Origin: Candidatus Poribacteria bacterium
GTDB taxonomy: Bacteria; Poribacteria; WGA-4E; WGA-3G
Assembly (NCBI GenBank): GCA_965205025.1
Contig: CBDBFU010000004.1
Coordinates: 32,001 to 96,000 of the forward strand
Length of the DNA: 64,000 nt
Direction of reading: 5' to 3'
The position numbers were made by a program, and so were the translations under genes. The notes beneath the pieces were generated by a model. That model saw only the letters and a list, made by a program, of their open reading frames with translations. It did no database searches and was not told where the DNA came from. Shown here piece after piece: positions 39,935-49,358 of the stretch (position 1 is its first letter; every line of letters begins with the position of its first letter).

Positions 39935-41389
39935 TATAGGCGTCAATTTTAGAAAAAGGATGTCTGATTTTTCAATAATAATTATTGTTAAGTGAAAACA
40001 TCTCCTATATAATGTATAAAAATATTACCTTTTACTTTATACAAGAGGTGTTTCCAATGAATACATTATCACAGGTTCCTGAAAAAATGCAACAGATTCT
40101 AACAACCATTGCTGATGAAGCAGCCCTTGAAACAGGATTTTGCAAAAGAAATCGAAAACTTGCGGGGAGTCATTTTGCTCAGACACTTATTTATAGTTGG
40201 TTAGAAAATCCTGATGCCACCTATACTCAACTTACACATACTGCTGCTTCTCTCGGTACTCCAATCTCACGACAAGCGATTGAACAACGATTTACTGCTG
40301 AAGCTGCACAAACCCTCAAAGCAATCCTTGACGCGGCTGCGTCCGAAGTGATTTCTGCGGATCCACAAGTTCTCCCACTCCTTGAACAGTTCAACGGTAT
40401 CTATATACAAGATAGTTCTTGGATAACACTCCCTGATACGCTTCACGATATTTGGGAAGGTGCCAGTAAAAAGGATTATCCGAACAAATCCGAACTGAAA
40501 CTCCATCTACGCTTCGATGTTGCTACAGGGACATTCGAACACTTTCAACTCACCAACGGCATCACCGCTGATAGCACTGTAGAAAAACAGATTGACCGGC
40601 TCCCCCAAGGGAGTTTACGCCTTGCGGATCTCGGTTATTTTTCGCTACAAACCCTTCAAGAACTTACGGACGAAGGGGTCTTTTGGATTTCACGGTATAA
40701 AGTTAGGTGTTCGGTTTTTGACAATACAGGAAAGCCTCTTTGTTTACATAAATGGCTCAAGTTTCAGACCGAAAACATTATCGAAACAGATATTTTCATA
40801 GGTTCAAAAAAGCGGATGAAAGTAAGATTAGTAGCTCAGAGACTCTCCGAAGAAGAAACCGAAAAACGACGACGAGATATCAACTATCGTGCTAAACGAA
40901 AGCATACACAAGCATCACAGGCACGACTCCAACTCGCAGGTTGGAATATCTACATTACAAATATTGGAACGGATCAACTCACCGCTGAACAGATATGTGT
41001 CATTGCGCGGATTCGATGGCAGATCGAGTTGATATTTAAGTGCTTTAAAAGCCTTGGAAAAGTAGACACATCACGAAGTAAAAAACCGTATCGTATTCTA
41101 TGTGAAATATATGCTAAACTGATCGCTGCAATCATTCGGCATTGGGTGATGTTGGTCATAGGATGGCGATGTTTACGGCATAGTTTATCGAAAACAGTAG
41201 AGCTTATTACGTCCTACACACGCACAATCACAATAAGCTTTCGCAAGTCAAAGAGACATCTTAGAGAGACATTTGATGAGATAAAACAAGTATTCGAAAA
41301 CGGGTGCTACATTGAAAGAAGAGCTAATAGAAAAACAACATTGGAATATCTTGAAAATGCTACAAAAAACCGCTAAATTGACGCCTATG
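39935..41389 (+). mobile_element. IS4-family insertion sequence
   Basis: Terminal inverted repeats TATAGGCGTCAATTT / AAATTGACGCCTATG; flanking direct repeat GTTTGTTGAATACCTAACAC at 39915-39934 and 41390-41409. Confidence 0.92.
40057..41376 (+). CDS. IS4-family DDE transposase
   Basis: IQDSS, LADLGYF, RWQIELIFKCFKS; GAGGTG RBS; stop codon lies in the right inverted repeat. Confidence 0.93.
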   Translation: MNTLSQVPEKMQQILTTIADEAALETGFCKRNRKLAGSHFAQTLIYSWLENPDATYTQLTHTAASLGTPISRQAIEQRFTAEAAQTLKAILDAAASEVISADPQVLPLLEQFNGIYIQDSSWITLPDTLHDIWEGASKKDYPNKSELKLHLRFDVATGTFEHFQLTNGITADSTVEKQIDRLPQGSLRLADLGYFSLQTLQELTDEGVFWISRYKVRCSVFDNTGKPLCLHKWLKFQTENIIETDIFIGSKKRMKVRLVAQRLSEEETEKRRRDINYRAKRKHTQASQARLQLAGWNIYITNIGTDQLTAEQICVIARIRWQIELIFKCFKSLGKVDTSRSKKPYRILCEIYAKLIAAIIRHWVMLVIGWRCLRHSLSKTVELITSYTRTITISFRKSKRHLRETFDEIKQVFENGCYIERRANRKTTLEYLENATKNR

Positions 41390-41467
41390 GTTTGTTGAAT
41401 ACCTAACACCCAGAAGGCACCAACAACGCAACTCAAAAAAGAGACACGGCAACTCACAGAACACACG

Positions 41468-44400
41468 GTGAACGCAATGCCTAACGCACGACAGCAACGC
41501 AAACTTGACAACCATCTCACCCTTCACGGATGGTTAAATAGCCACTTCAAGTACAAAACAACACAAGACCTTCTTAACGCAGTAAAAAACGAAGAGGAAG
41601 GCTTCAATCCAGATGGACACTCTCCCATCTGTGAATTTCTTATCTCCCGTGCAGAGCCAGATTCAGCAATTGAGAATGCCCTACCAACCTACGACAGTAA
41701 CATCAAACGACACCTGTCCGCTATAAACAGTAAACGTACACAACCGATTGTTCTCCGCTATTTCCAATACCTTTCCCTGATCTATACCGAAATATTCCTT
41801 GATTGGAAATTCAACAAAAGTGGTGAATTCTTACGTCAACTCAATGATTTTGTCCAAACACGTAACGATGCGCGAGCACCGAGTGACGCGATGGATACAC
41901 CTTTTTCAGAAGCAGACGTTGAAAAACTCGCCTTCTGGATGGCAACGGGTGCTGGCAAAACACTTATTATGCACATCAATTATCACCAGTTCCTGCATTA
42001 CTGCAAAGAAAAGTTAGACCACATTGTGCTTATCACACCTAACGAAGGATTAAGCGAACAGCACATGCGTGAACTCGCAAACTCGGATATCCGATGCGAA
42101 CGGTTTAACGTTGAAGGTAATCGTCTGTCGCACGCGGACGATACGATGCAAGTCATTGAAATTACAAAGTTAGTAGAGGAAAAAACAGGTAGCGGGGTAA
42201 GTGTTCCAGTTGAGGCATTTGAGGGAAATAATCTTATTCTTGTTGATGAAGGACATAAAGGCAGCGGTGGTAAAGTTTGGCGTGAATACCGAGAAGCACT
42301 TGCCGAAACAGGTTTCACTTTTGAATACAGTGCGACCTTCGGACAGGCACTCGCTGCTGCAAGCAATGCTGATCTCATTGATGAGTACGGTAAATCCATT
42401 GTATTTGATTATTCCTACCGATATTTCTATGGTGATGGATACGGTAAGAACTTCCGCATTCTCAACGTCAAACATGACGACGCAACCCAAACGGAGATGC
42501 TACTTTTAGGCAATCTTCTGAGCTTCTATGAACAGAGACGTTATTTCAGTCAAAATACTGAGGTAGTGTGTGATTACGGTTTAGACTCGCCACTGTGGGC
42601 ATTTGTCGGTAGTAGGGTGAATGCCGTTTATTCCGAAAACAAACAATCACGTTCTGATGTTCTTAACGTTATAAGCTTTCTGCATCAGTTCCTGAGAAAT
42701 GAAAAAGGATGGGCAATTGATACTATTGAGAAAATCCTCAACAACGATTCCGGATTAAAAGATGACAACGGTAGCGATGTTTTTTACAATAGACTTAGTT
42801 ATCTCAAAGAATCCAGAGATACACCAGCGCAAATTTACACCGCTATTCTCAACGAGGTATTTCACACTGATTCAAGTGGGGAATTACACCTGAGTGACGT
42901 CCGTAATGCTCCTGGTGAAATCGCTTTAAAAACAACACATGGTAGTAAGGAATTCGGACTCATTTACATCGGTGACACGTCTGCCTTCAAAAAACTTGTT
43001 GAAAATGACGATGCAGGTATTAAAACGGATTCTGAAGATGTTCTCACCGAGAGTCTCTTTAACGGCATTAACACCGTTGACAGTCCAATTAATATTCTCA
43101 TTGGCGCGAAAAAGTTCATTGAAGGATGGGACAGTTGGCGTGTCACCGCTATGGGACTATTGAACATTGGTAAGCAAGAAGGCTCTCAGATCATTCAGCT
43201 TTTCGGCAGAGGGGTTCGCCTACGTGGCAATGATATGTGTCTTAAACGAAGTAGTGCCGTTGGTGGTGAACATCCGCCTAATCTTCCACTTTTAGAAACA
43301 CTTAACATTTTTGCTGTCCGTGCCAATTTCATGGTACAATTCCGAGATTACCTTATGCGTGAGGGTGTCCCACCCGACGAACCTGTCCAATTGGAATTAC
43401 CCATCAAACCGAACATAAATTACCTTTCGAATCAACTTTTTGTTCCAAAAGTGTTGGAATATAACAAAGCTGCGAAAGGAAAGTGTGTAATGCTTAAAGC
43501 AGATCCAGCTGCTATTATTTCCCATACGACCCAAAGCGTTGAGATTATTGGGAGTAGTTCACAGAGTGGTATCCAAGGGGATCGAGCGGATGCGGCACTC
43601 CAAACTCATATTGAAGATAAATACTTGAAATTAGTAGACTGGGAGAACATTTACTTGCAACTCCTTGAGTACAAGCAAGAAAAAGAATTTCATAATCTGA
43701 TTTTTAATACCGAGATTCTTCAACAGATACTTAATCCAAACAAAGGTTTATATGAACTTTATGTCATGGATGAGTCTGAAGTTATGCCGAAATCATTTGT
43801 TGAATTGGAACGATTAGAGGAATTAGTACTAACACTCCTCCGCAAATATATTGCTAAATTTTATCGTATTATTCAAAAACGTTGGAATGATGAAGCAGTA
43901 CGCTTAGATAAGTTGAAAAAAGAGAACCCTAACTTCACTAATTGGAAAGTTTCCATCCCTCGAGAGGATGCAAGTGAACTTGAGCCACAAATAAAACATC
44001 TCATAGAAAATGGCGTTATATATGGACCTGATTTAACCCATCTTCCCAATATCTATAATGACCGTCATCTCTACCAACCCCTTCTCACTGTAGGTGAAGT
44101 AGACACGGTGTTACGTACAACCCCGCCAGCCTTAGAGGAAAGTGAAAAACACTTTGTCGAAGATCTTCGTCGTTACGTACGTAATCAAGATGAGACACTC
44201 CTTGCCAAAAAGGAGATTTACCTCTTACGTAACCAGAGCCGTGGCAAAGGAATGGGTTTTTTCGTAAATGAAGGCTTTTACCCCGACTTCATCCTCTGGA
44301 TACTTGAAGGTGTGAAACAGCGGATCGTTTTCATAGAACCCCACGGTATGATCTATGAAGTCATAAATGAACACAACGACAAAATTACTCTTTTCAAGAG

Positions 44401-44617
44401 ACTGCGATCCCTCTCCCATGAACGTTTCCGTGGTGAACACGTGCAAATGGATGCCTATATGATTTCAAGAACCAGTATGTCTAATCTTATACGTAAATAT
44501 CAAGACGAGGACAGAGATACATTTGCAGAAAAATGGCATATCCTTTTCCGCACCGATACCGATCCCACCTACCTTTCCCCAATCTTTCAAGATCCAGATT
44601 CAGATTTTTCTGCCTGA
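41468..44617 (+). CDS. res: type III R-M endonuclease/helicase (Res)
   Basis: MATGAGKT, LVDEGH, YSATF, EGWD, QLFGRGVR; C-terminal FYPDF...FIEPHG nuclease motif. Start at 41468 or 41477. Confidence 0.92.
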   Translation: MNAMPNARQQRKLDNHLTLHGWLNSHFKYKTTQDLLNAVKNEEEGFNPDGHSPICEFLISRAEPDSAIENALPTYDSNIKRHLSAINSKRTQPIVLRYFQYLSLIYTEIFLDWKFNKSGEFLRQLNDFVQTRNDARAPSDAMDTPFSEADVEKLAFWMATGAGKTLIMHINYHQFLHYCKEKLDHIVLITPNEGLSEQHMRELANSDIRCERFNVEGNRLSHADDTMQVIEITKLVEEKTGSGVSVPVEAFEGNNLILVDEGHKGSGGKVWREYREALAETGFTFEYSATFGQALAAASNADLIDEYGKSIVFDYSYRYFYGDGYGKNFRILNVKHDDATQTEMLLLGNLLSFYEQRRYFSQNTEVVCDYGLDSPLWAFVGSRVNAVYSENKQSRSDVLNVISFLHQFLRNEKGWAIDTIEKILNNDSGLKDDNGSDVFYNRLSYLKESRDTPAQIYTAILNEVFHTDSSGELHLSDVRNAPGEIALKTTHGSKEFGLIYIGDTSAFKKLVENDDAGIKTDSEDVLTESLFNGINTVDSPINILIGAKKFIEGWDSWRVTAMGLLNIGKQEGSQIIQLFGRGVRLRGNDMCLKRSSAVGGEHPPNLPLLETLNIFAVRANFMVQFRDYLMREGVPPDEPVQLELPIKPNINYLSNQLFVPKVLEYNKAAKGKCVMLKADPAAIISHTTQSVEIIGSSSQSGIQGDRADAALQTHIEDKYLKLVDWENIYLQLLEYKQEKEFHNLIFNTEILQQILNPNKGLYELYVMDESEVMPKSFVELERLEELVLTLLRKYIAKFYRIIQKRWNDEAVRLDKLKKENPNFTNWKVSIPREDASELEPQIKHLIENGVIYGPDLTHLPNIYNDRHLYQPLLTVGEVDTVLRTTPPALEESEKHFVEDLRRYVRNQDETLLAKKEIYLLRNQSRGKGMGFFVNEGFYPDFILWILEGVKQRIVFIEPHGMIYEVINEHNDKITLFKRLRSLSHERFRGEHVQMDAYMISRTSMSNLIRKYQDEDRDTFAEKWHILFRTDTDPTYLSPIFQDPDSDFSA

Positions 44618-44677
44618 TAACTGTCCATTTTATTGATTGGTTGTATTAACACAATATCTTAGCCAATTATTCTGTAT

Positions 44678-44827
44678 TTATAGTAAACTTTAGATTTAAT
44701 TAGACACTTTACTTGTAGGAGCGACCTCCTGGTCGCGACCGGGAGGTCGCTCCTACAGAAGAGGTGTGGGACGCGAACGTAAGTTGAGCCAATAGAAAAT
44801 GTAGTATTCATTTTATTGTTTACTATA
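44678..44827. mobile_element. MITE-like element with long REP hairpin
   Basis: TATAGTAAAC / GTTTACTATA termini around TGTAGGAGCGACCTCC...GGAGGTCGCTCCTACA (44714-44757). Confidence 0.55.
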
Positions 44828-44851
44828 GTTCTGGCTGTGTGATGAATTGCA

Positions 44852-44869
44852 CCGTAGGCGTCAATTTAG
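44852..44869. repeat. solo IS4 terminal inverted repeat
   Basis: CCGTAGGCGTCAATTTAG matches the reverse complement of the IS right end (CCATAGGCGTCAATTTAG) at 17 of 18 positions. Confidence 0.7.
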
Positions 44870-45497
44870 TGAGATTCGTATATTTTTAGGTTGGTTTTTA
44901 TTTGTATGAACCACCAAATCAACGCGGAGGCTTCAAATCAACGGTATGAATGCTATTTAGCATTCCCCGTGGTTAGGAAACCGAACCTACCAAGTTTGGG
45001 AAAATGGGGATTACCGAATTTAAAACTTAATCCTCATCCAGTTTGTGCAGTATTTCAATACATGCTTAACAATTGTTCATGGATTAAACATTTATAGAAA
45101 TGGTATCAGATGAAAACCAAAAATGCATTCCAATCATGCTTTAGTTATATGTATATTAACATATGTGATTCACGGAGAATTGGTATACTCAAAATTATAA
45201 ACCCTTATAGAATAAGGGCTCGTAGAATTGCTCCGTGAAGGTTTCCGTGAAAGTACAATCATCTCAGAAATATAAATATTAACACTTTTCTCCATTCACA
45301 TTATCCATACATCTAACATATATTAGGTATTTTATCTAACTTTGAAAGTGTATGTGGCGTTTCTGGAATCCAGATACAATAGCATCGTAATTTTTAGTGA
45401 CAATAACTTTACATACCCCTAACACATCCTGAATGTTGAAAATCCTGATTAATTGTGGTATTATCATTAAGCATACACTCAATGAAAAGAGAATAAT

Positions 45498-46544
45498 ATG
45501 TTAATAAGATCAATATCTATTTTTGGGATTTTTATCATCCTTGTTTTAGCTGCATCACTAATCTCAACCAGTTACAGTGATAATCATAAAAAGGAAGAAA
45601 TCCAAGAAAATAATACTACTTCACAGAAAAGAGAATGGTTAAATATCCAAGGTGGTGTAATTGGTGGAAGTTTCTCCCAATTTGCAGGTGGAATAAGCCA
45701 AATTGTTAAACACCATCAACCAAATATCAGAATCTCCGTGGTTGCCTCCGCTGGTTCAATTGAGAACACTCGGAGAGTTAATAAAGATAAAGATGCTCTC
45801 GGAGTAGTTTTTGCATCTGAAAGTTCCCTCGGATACCACGGTCAGGAGATCTTTGAAAAACAGGGACCAAAGACAAACATACGCATGGTCTCGCTCCTGT
45901 ATTTCGCTTATGGACAATTTTCCACACTTGAAAATAGTAAAATAAATAAACTTGAAGATATCGTTGGGAGTAAAATTGCTTGTGGTGCCCCTGGGTCTGG
46001 TACGGCACAGACGATGGAACGTCTTACAAAAGCAGCAGGGATTTGGAGGCAATTTAAACCCATTTATCGAGGTGGAACTGCAGGAGCACAAGAACTTCAA
46101 GATGGACAGGCAAAAGGATTTCTTTGGTTGGTGAGTGTGCCAAACAGTGCAATTATAGAATTAACTGCGGTTAAAAGGATCCGAATGATTGACCTTGATA
46201 CACCTGCCAAGAAGTACGGTTTCTATGATAAATATCCTTTCTATTTTTCAGGGAGTCTACCAGAAGGCGCTTATGAAGGAAAAGTCAAACCGGTAAAGAC
46301 TATTGTAATGCCAACTGTTCTTATAGCTAATAAAGCAATTTCTGAAGAGACTATCTATAATATATTAAAACATGTGTATAGTCCTGAAGGAAAGAAATTG
46401 ATGATTCAGACAAACCAAGCTGCTTCTGATATGACAGTCGAAAATGCCCCAAAAGCATTCTTAATACCACTCCATAAAGGGGCATATAGATTTTGGAAAG
46501 AACAAGGTGTAGAAATTCCTGAAGAAGCAATGCCGATAGATTAA
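45498..46544 (+). CDS. TAXI-family TRAP transporter solute-binding protein
   Basis: Signal peptide; SAGSIEN; GAPGSGT; IPLHKGAYRFWKEQG. Confidence 0.9.
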   Translation: MLIRSISIFGIFIILVLAASLISTSYSDNHKKEEIQENNTTSQKREWLNIQGGVIGGSFSQFAGGISQIVKHHQPNIRISVVASAGSIENTRRVNKDKDALGVVFASESSLGYHGQEIFEKQGPKTNIRMVSLLYFAYGQFSTLENSKINKLEDIVGSKIACGAPGSGTAQTMERLTKAAGIWRQFKPIYRGGTAGAQELQDGQAKGFLWLVSVPNSAIIELTAVKRIRMIDLDTPAKKYGFYDKYPFYFSGSLPEGAYEGKVKPVKTIVMPTVLIANKAISEETIYNILKHVYSPEGKKLMIQTNQAASDMTVENAPKAFLIPLHKGAYRFWKEQGVEIPEEAMPID

Positions 46545-46562
46545 AAAGCAAACTTTGGCATA

Positions 46563-46822
46563 TTACTATAGTTTGGACAGTTTAAAGCGATACACATTTC
46601 GCCCCGCGAATCAACGGTATGAATGCGCGTATGGCATTCACCGGGGCTTGAACCTTGGCGGATAAAGCGTTTCTACACACATTTCGCCCCGCTGGGGCTA
46701 TGTCTGGTCTATCAGAGTTTACTTTTCTCAGAGTTGGGTTGGGCGTGAAAAAAGTGGCGAAAATCCAGAAACACTTTGAAAATAAGGGAAGCACCTTTCA
46801 GAAATTGTCCAAACTATAGTAA
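46563..46822. mobile_element. MITE with 20-bp terminal inverted repeats and internal REP units
   Basis: TTACTATAGTTTGGACAGTT / AATTGTCCAAACTATAGTAA (19 of 20 match); two ACACATTTCGCCCCGC units inside. Confidence 0.75.
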
Positions 46823-46879
46823 CATATTAATAAATAATAAAAAAACAGCTTAATTCACGATATTAAGGAATTGGAATCC

Positions 46880-48023
46880 ATGTCAACACAAGCCTTCAAA
46901 ATAGTATCCGTCGAAAGCCTACTCTATGAATGGGACAGACCTCCTATCTGGAATGGGATGCACGTTTACGACAAAGGCAGACTACATTTGGTCAAGGTGA
47001 CTGCGAAAAGCGGCACAGAAGAAGTATACGGATACGGTTTTAATGGTGCTACTGCTGCAACAAGACCCCTTCACCTTTTTCCAATTTATTTAGACCTATT
47101 TCGTCCTGCTCTAATTGGTCACAACGCTACTGATACACCTTATATCACATGGTTAGCAGATAATTACAAGATTTATGGACCGGGTGGATATCACACACAG
47201 GTTTTAGCTGCTGTAAATCAAGCTTGTTGGGATATAAGAGGAAAACTTGAGGGTAAGTCAATCCATGAACTCTTAGGTGGTAAGAAGCAGCGTATTCGAA
47301 CATATATCGCTGGTGGATATTATAGTAGAGGAAAGGGATTAAAAGAACTACGGGAAGAGATGGAATATAATATCACTGAATTCAATACTACAGCAATTAA
47401 GATGAAAATTGGACATCAAGCTGCTGGTATTGAAACTGACTTACGTCGTATTGAGACAGTTCGTCAAGCTGTTGGTCCTGATATTAAGGTGATGGTTGAT
47501 GCTAATTGCTCTCTTTCTGTAGAGCGGGCAGAAGCCTATATTCCCGCTCTTCGAGCAAACAATATATTATGGCTTGAAGAGCCAATTCATAGTCACGATT
47601 ATAGGGGTTATAAGACAATACGTGAAATAGCGAAGGATTACGATATATATATTGCAACTGGAGAAAATGGCTACGGATTACACTACTTCCAAACACACAT
47701 AGACAACGAAGGGGCAGATGTTTTCAATTTGGATGTTGCTATCCTTCCTGGGTATGATACATCAATCAAGGTAGTTGAAGAAGCGTTAGCTGGCTGATAA
47801 ATGGATTTCCCCACATGGTGCACAAGAATTACAGATTCATATCGCTGCAAGTCGTGAGAATTGTTTGATGTTAGAATATTACCCGCCAGCGGTTGATCCG
47901 TTACGCGGGGAGATGTTCCTTCCACAAATGGAATTAGATAAGGACGGTCATGTAACTGTTCCGAGCACGCCTGGAATTGGATTTGAACCCAATTTTGAAC
48001 TACTTAAACACTATCGCATATAA
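46880..48023 (+). CDS. mandelate racemase/muconate-lactonizing enzyme family, +1 frameshift near 47792
   Basis: WDIRGK, KMKIG, MVDAN, WLEEP, ATGEN. Removing one G restores KWISPHGAQ...LEYY...PGIG...YRI*. Confidence 0.88.
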
Positions 48024-48428
48024 TGAAATTAGAGTTTTCTAATGAAAACTATTGGTTAGTCCACGCTAATTTTACAAGAGTATTTCTTCTGTAGGAGGGG
48101 ATTCCCAACCGAGATCTTTTGTACTTGATCCACTTAATCTGTCCCCCAAACAACTAAGCACCTCAAATCCCTCTCCTCCATGTAATCCGCGATTCAGAAA
48201 AGAAACCATTCGCATACCAAGACCCTCTCATCCGTGAAATCTGTGATTCAGACAACCCAAATTTTATAAAAATAAACAAATCTCACTAAATTTACACATA
48301 AGGATAAGGGACAAATTATTTACATACCTTAAGAATATCCTAAGAAGAATCTAATTTGATTAAATTGATGAATTCTGATATATTTCTACCAAATTTATAC
48401 GGTTAATTCCTATAAGGAGGTAGAGTGA

Positions 48429-49223
48429 ATGAAACCTGTCTATTTCATATTACTACTTATTCTCATCGTAAATATATCTGTGTTAGCCGAAATTCCAAAC
48501 GATAAAGACTTGCTATTGTGGATTGGTGAAGGAAGTGGTGCAAGAGCCATTGATGCTACGGGCAATGGGAATGATGGTACATTTGGTGGTTCAGCAAAAT
48601 GGGTTGCTGGACAAGGAAAATACGATGATGGAATTGTTCTTCGAGGAAAAGAGACATATCTTGAAATACCTAATGTAATTACCGAAACAGGAAGTGTAGT
48701 TTTTTGGTTCAAACCCGATTGGGATGGTAAAGATGATAAGGATTACAGACTTTTCGATGCAAGTCTTGGTGCCATTTACTTTTTTATCGGGAAAGGTTCC
48801 GCCCACCCAGACATTGCCCCACCACACTTTGGTATCTATTTTGAGGCTGCAGACGATGCTGATTGGCAGGATGTTGACTTTGATCCTACAGGTATCATTA
48901 AAAAAGGCCAATGGTTTCATTGTGCTGTTACCTGGGATTTCACTGGTGGACCACCATATGTCTATATTGACGGGAAAGAACGAGTTAAAAGCCGTGATAT
49001 TACAGGAGGATTCCCAAAACTACACGAAAAGCCAAGATTTGGTTGGGAAACTGTAGAGTATGTCGCAATGAACAACGGAGCTGAAGGAATCATTGATGAG
49101 ATATCATTCTGGGCACGTGCCTTAGATGTAGATGATATTCAGGATTTGATGGGTATAAGTCAGGATGTCGATGCAGTAGAGAAGTTGGCTATTTCATGGG
49201 GGGAACTGAAAGTAATCAAATAA
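48429..49223 (+). CDS. exported LamG-like jellyroll protein
   Basis: AAGGAGG RBS; signal peptide; GNGNDG, WFHCAVTWD, GIIDE; C-terminal KLAISWGELK. Confidence 0.88.
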   Translation: MKPVYFILLLILIVNISVLAEIPNDKDLLLWIGEGSGARAIDATGNGNDGTFGGSAKWVAGQGKYDDGIVLRGKETYLEIPNVITETGSVVFWFKPDWDGKDDKDYRLFDASLGAIYFFIGKGSAHPDIAPPHFGIYFEAADDADWQDVDFDPTGIIKKGQWFHCAVTWDFTGGPPYVYIDGKERVKSRDITGGFPKLHEKPRFGWETVEYVAMNNGAEGIIDEISFWARALDVDDIQDLMGISQDVDAVEKLAISWGELKVIK

Positions 49224-49304
49224 TTTTCAACATAATGTATCTTATGGATTATAATAACTGTCCTTACTATTATTAAAACCTATATTGATTAAACACATGT
49301 CCGC

Positions 49305-49343
49305 AAAAAGGGGTAGTTGTTTTCAAACAACTACCCCTTTTTT
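49305..49343. terminator. bidirectional intrinsic terminator
   Basis: AAAAAGGGGTAGTTGT...ACAACTACCCCTTTTTT between convergent genes. Confidence 0.85.
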
Positions 49344-49358
49344 ATTATTGCAATTTAA

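Noticed and set aside
39865-41470. 43-codon ORF reconstructed across the IS empty site
   Set aside because: No recognisable features; cannot be distinguished from chance.
44891-46794. Short ORFs 44891-45097 and 46582-46794
   Set aside because: They are translations of REP/MITE sequence.
47795-47800. TGA in the enolase-family gene as selenocysteine
   Set aside because: It is followed directly by TAA and the conserved C-terminus is in another frame, so this is a frameshift.
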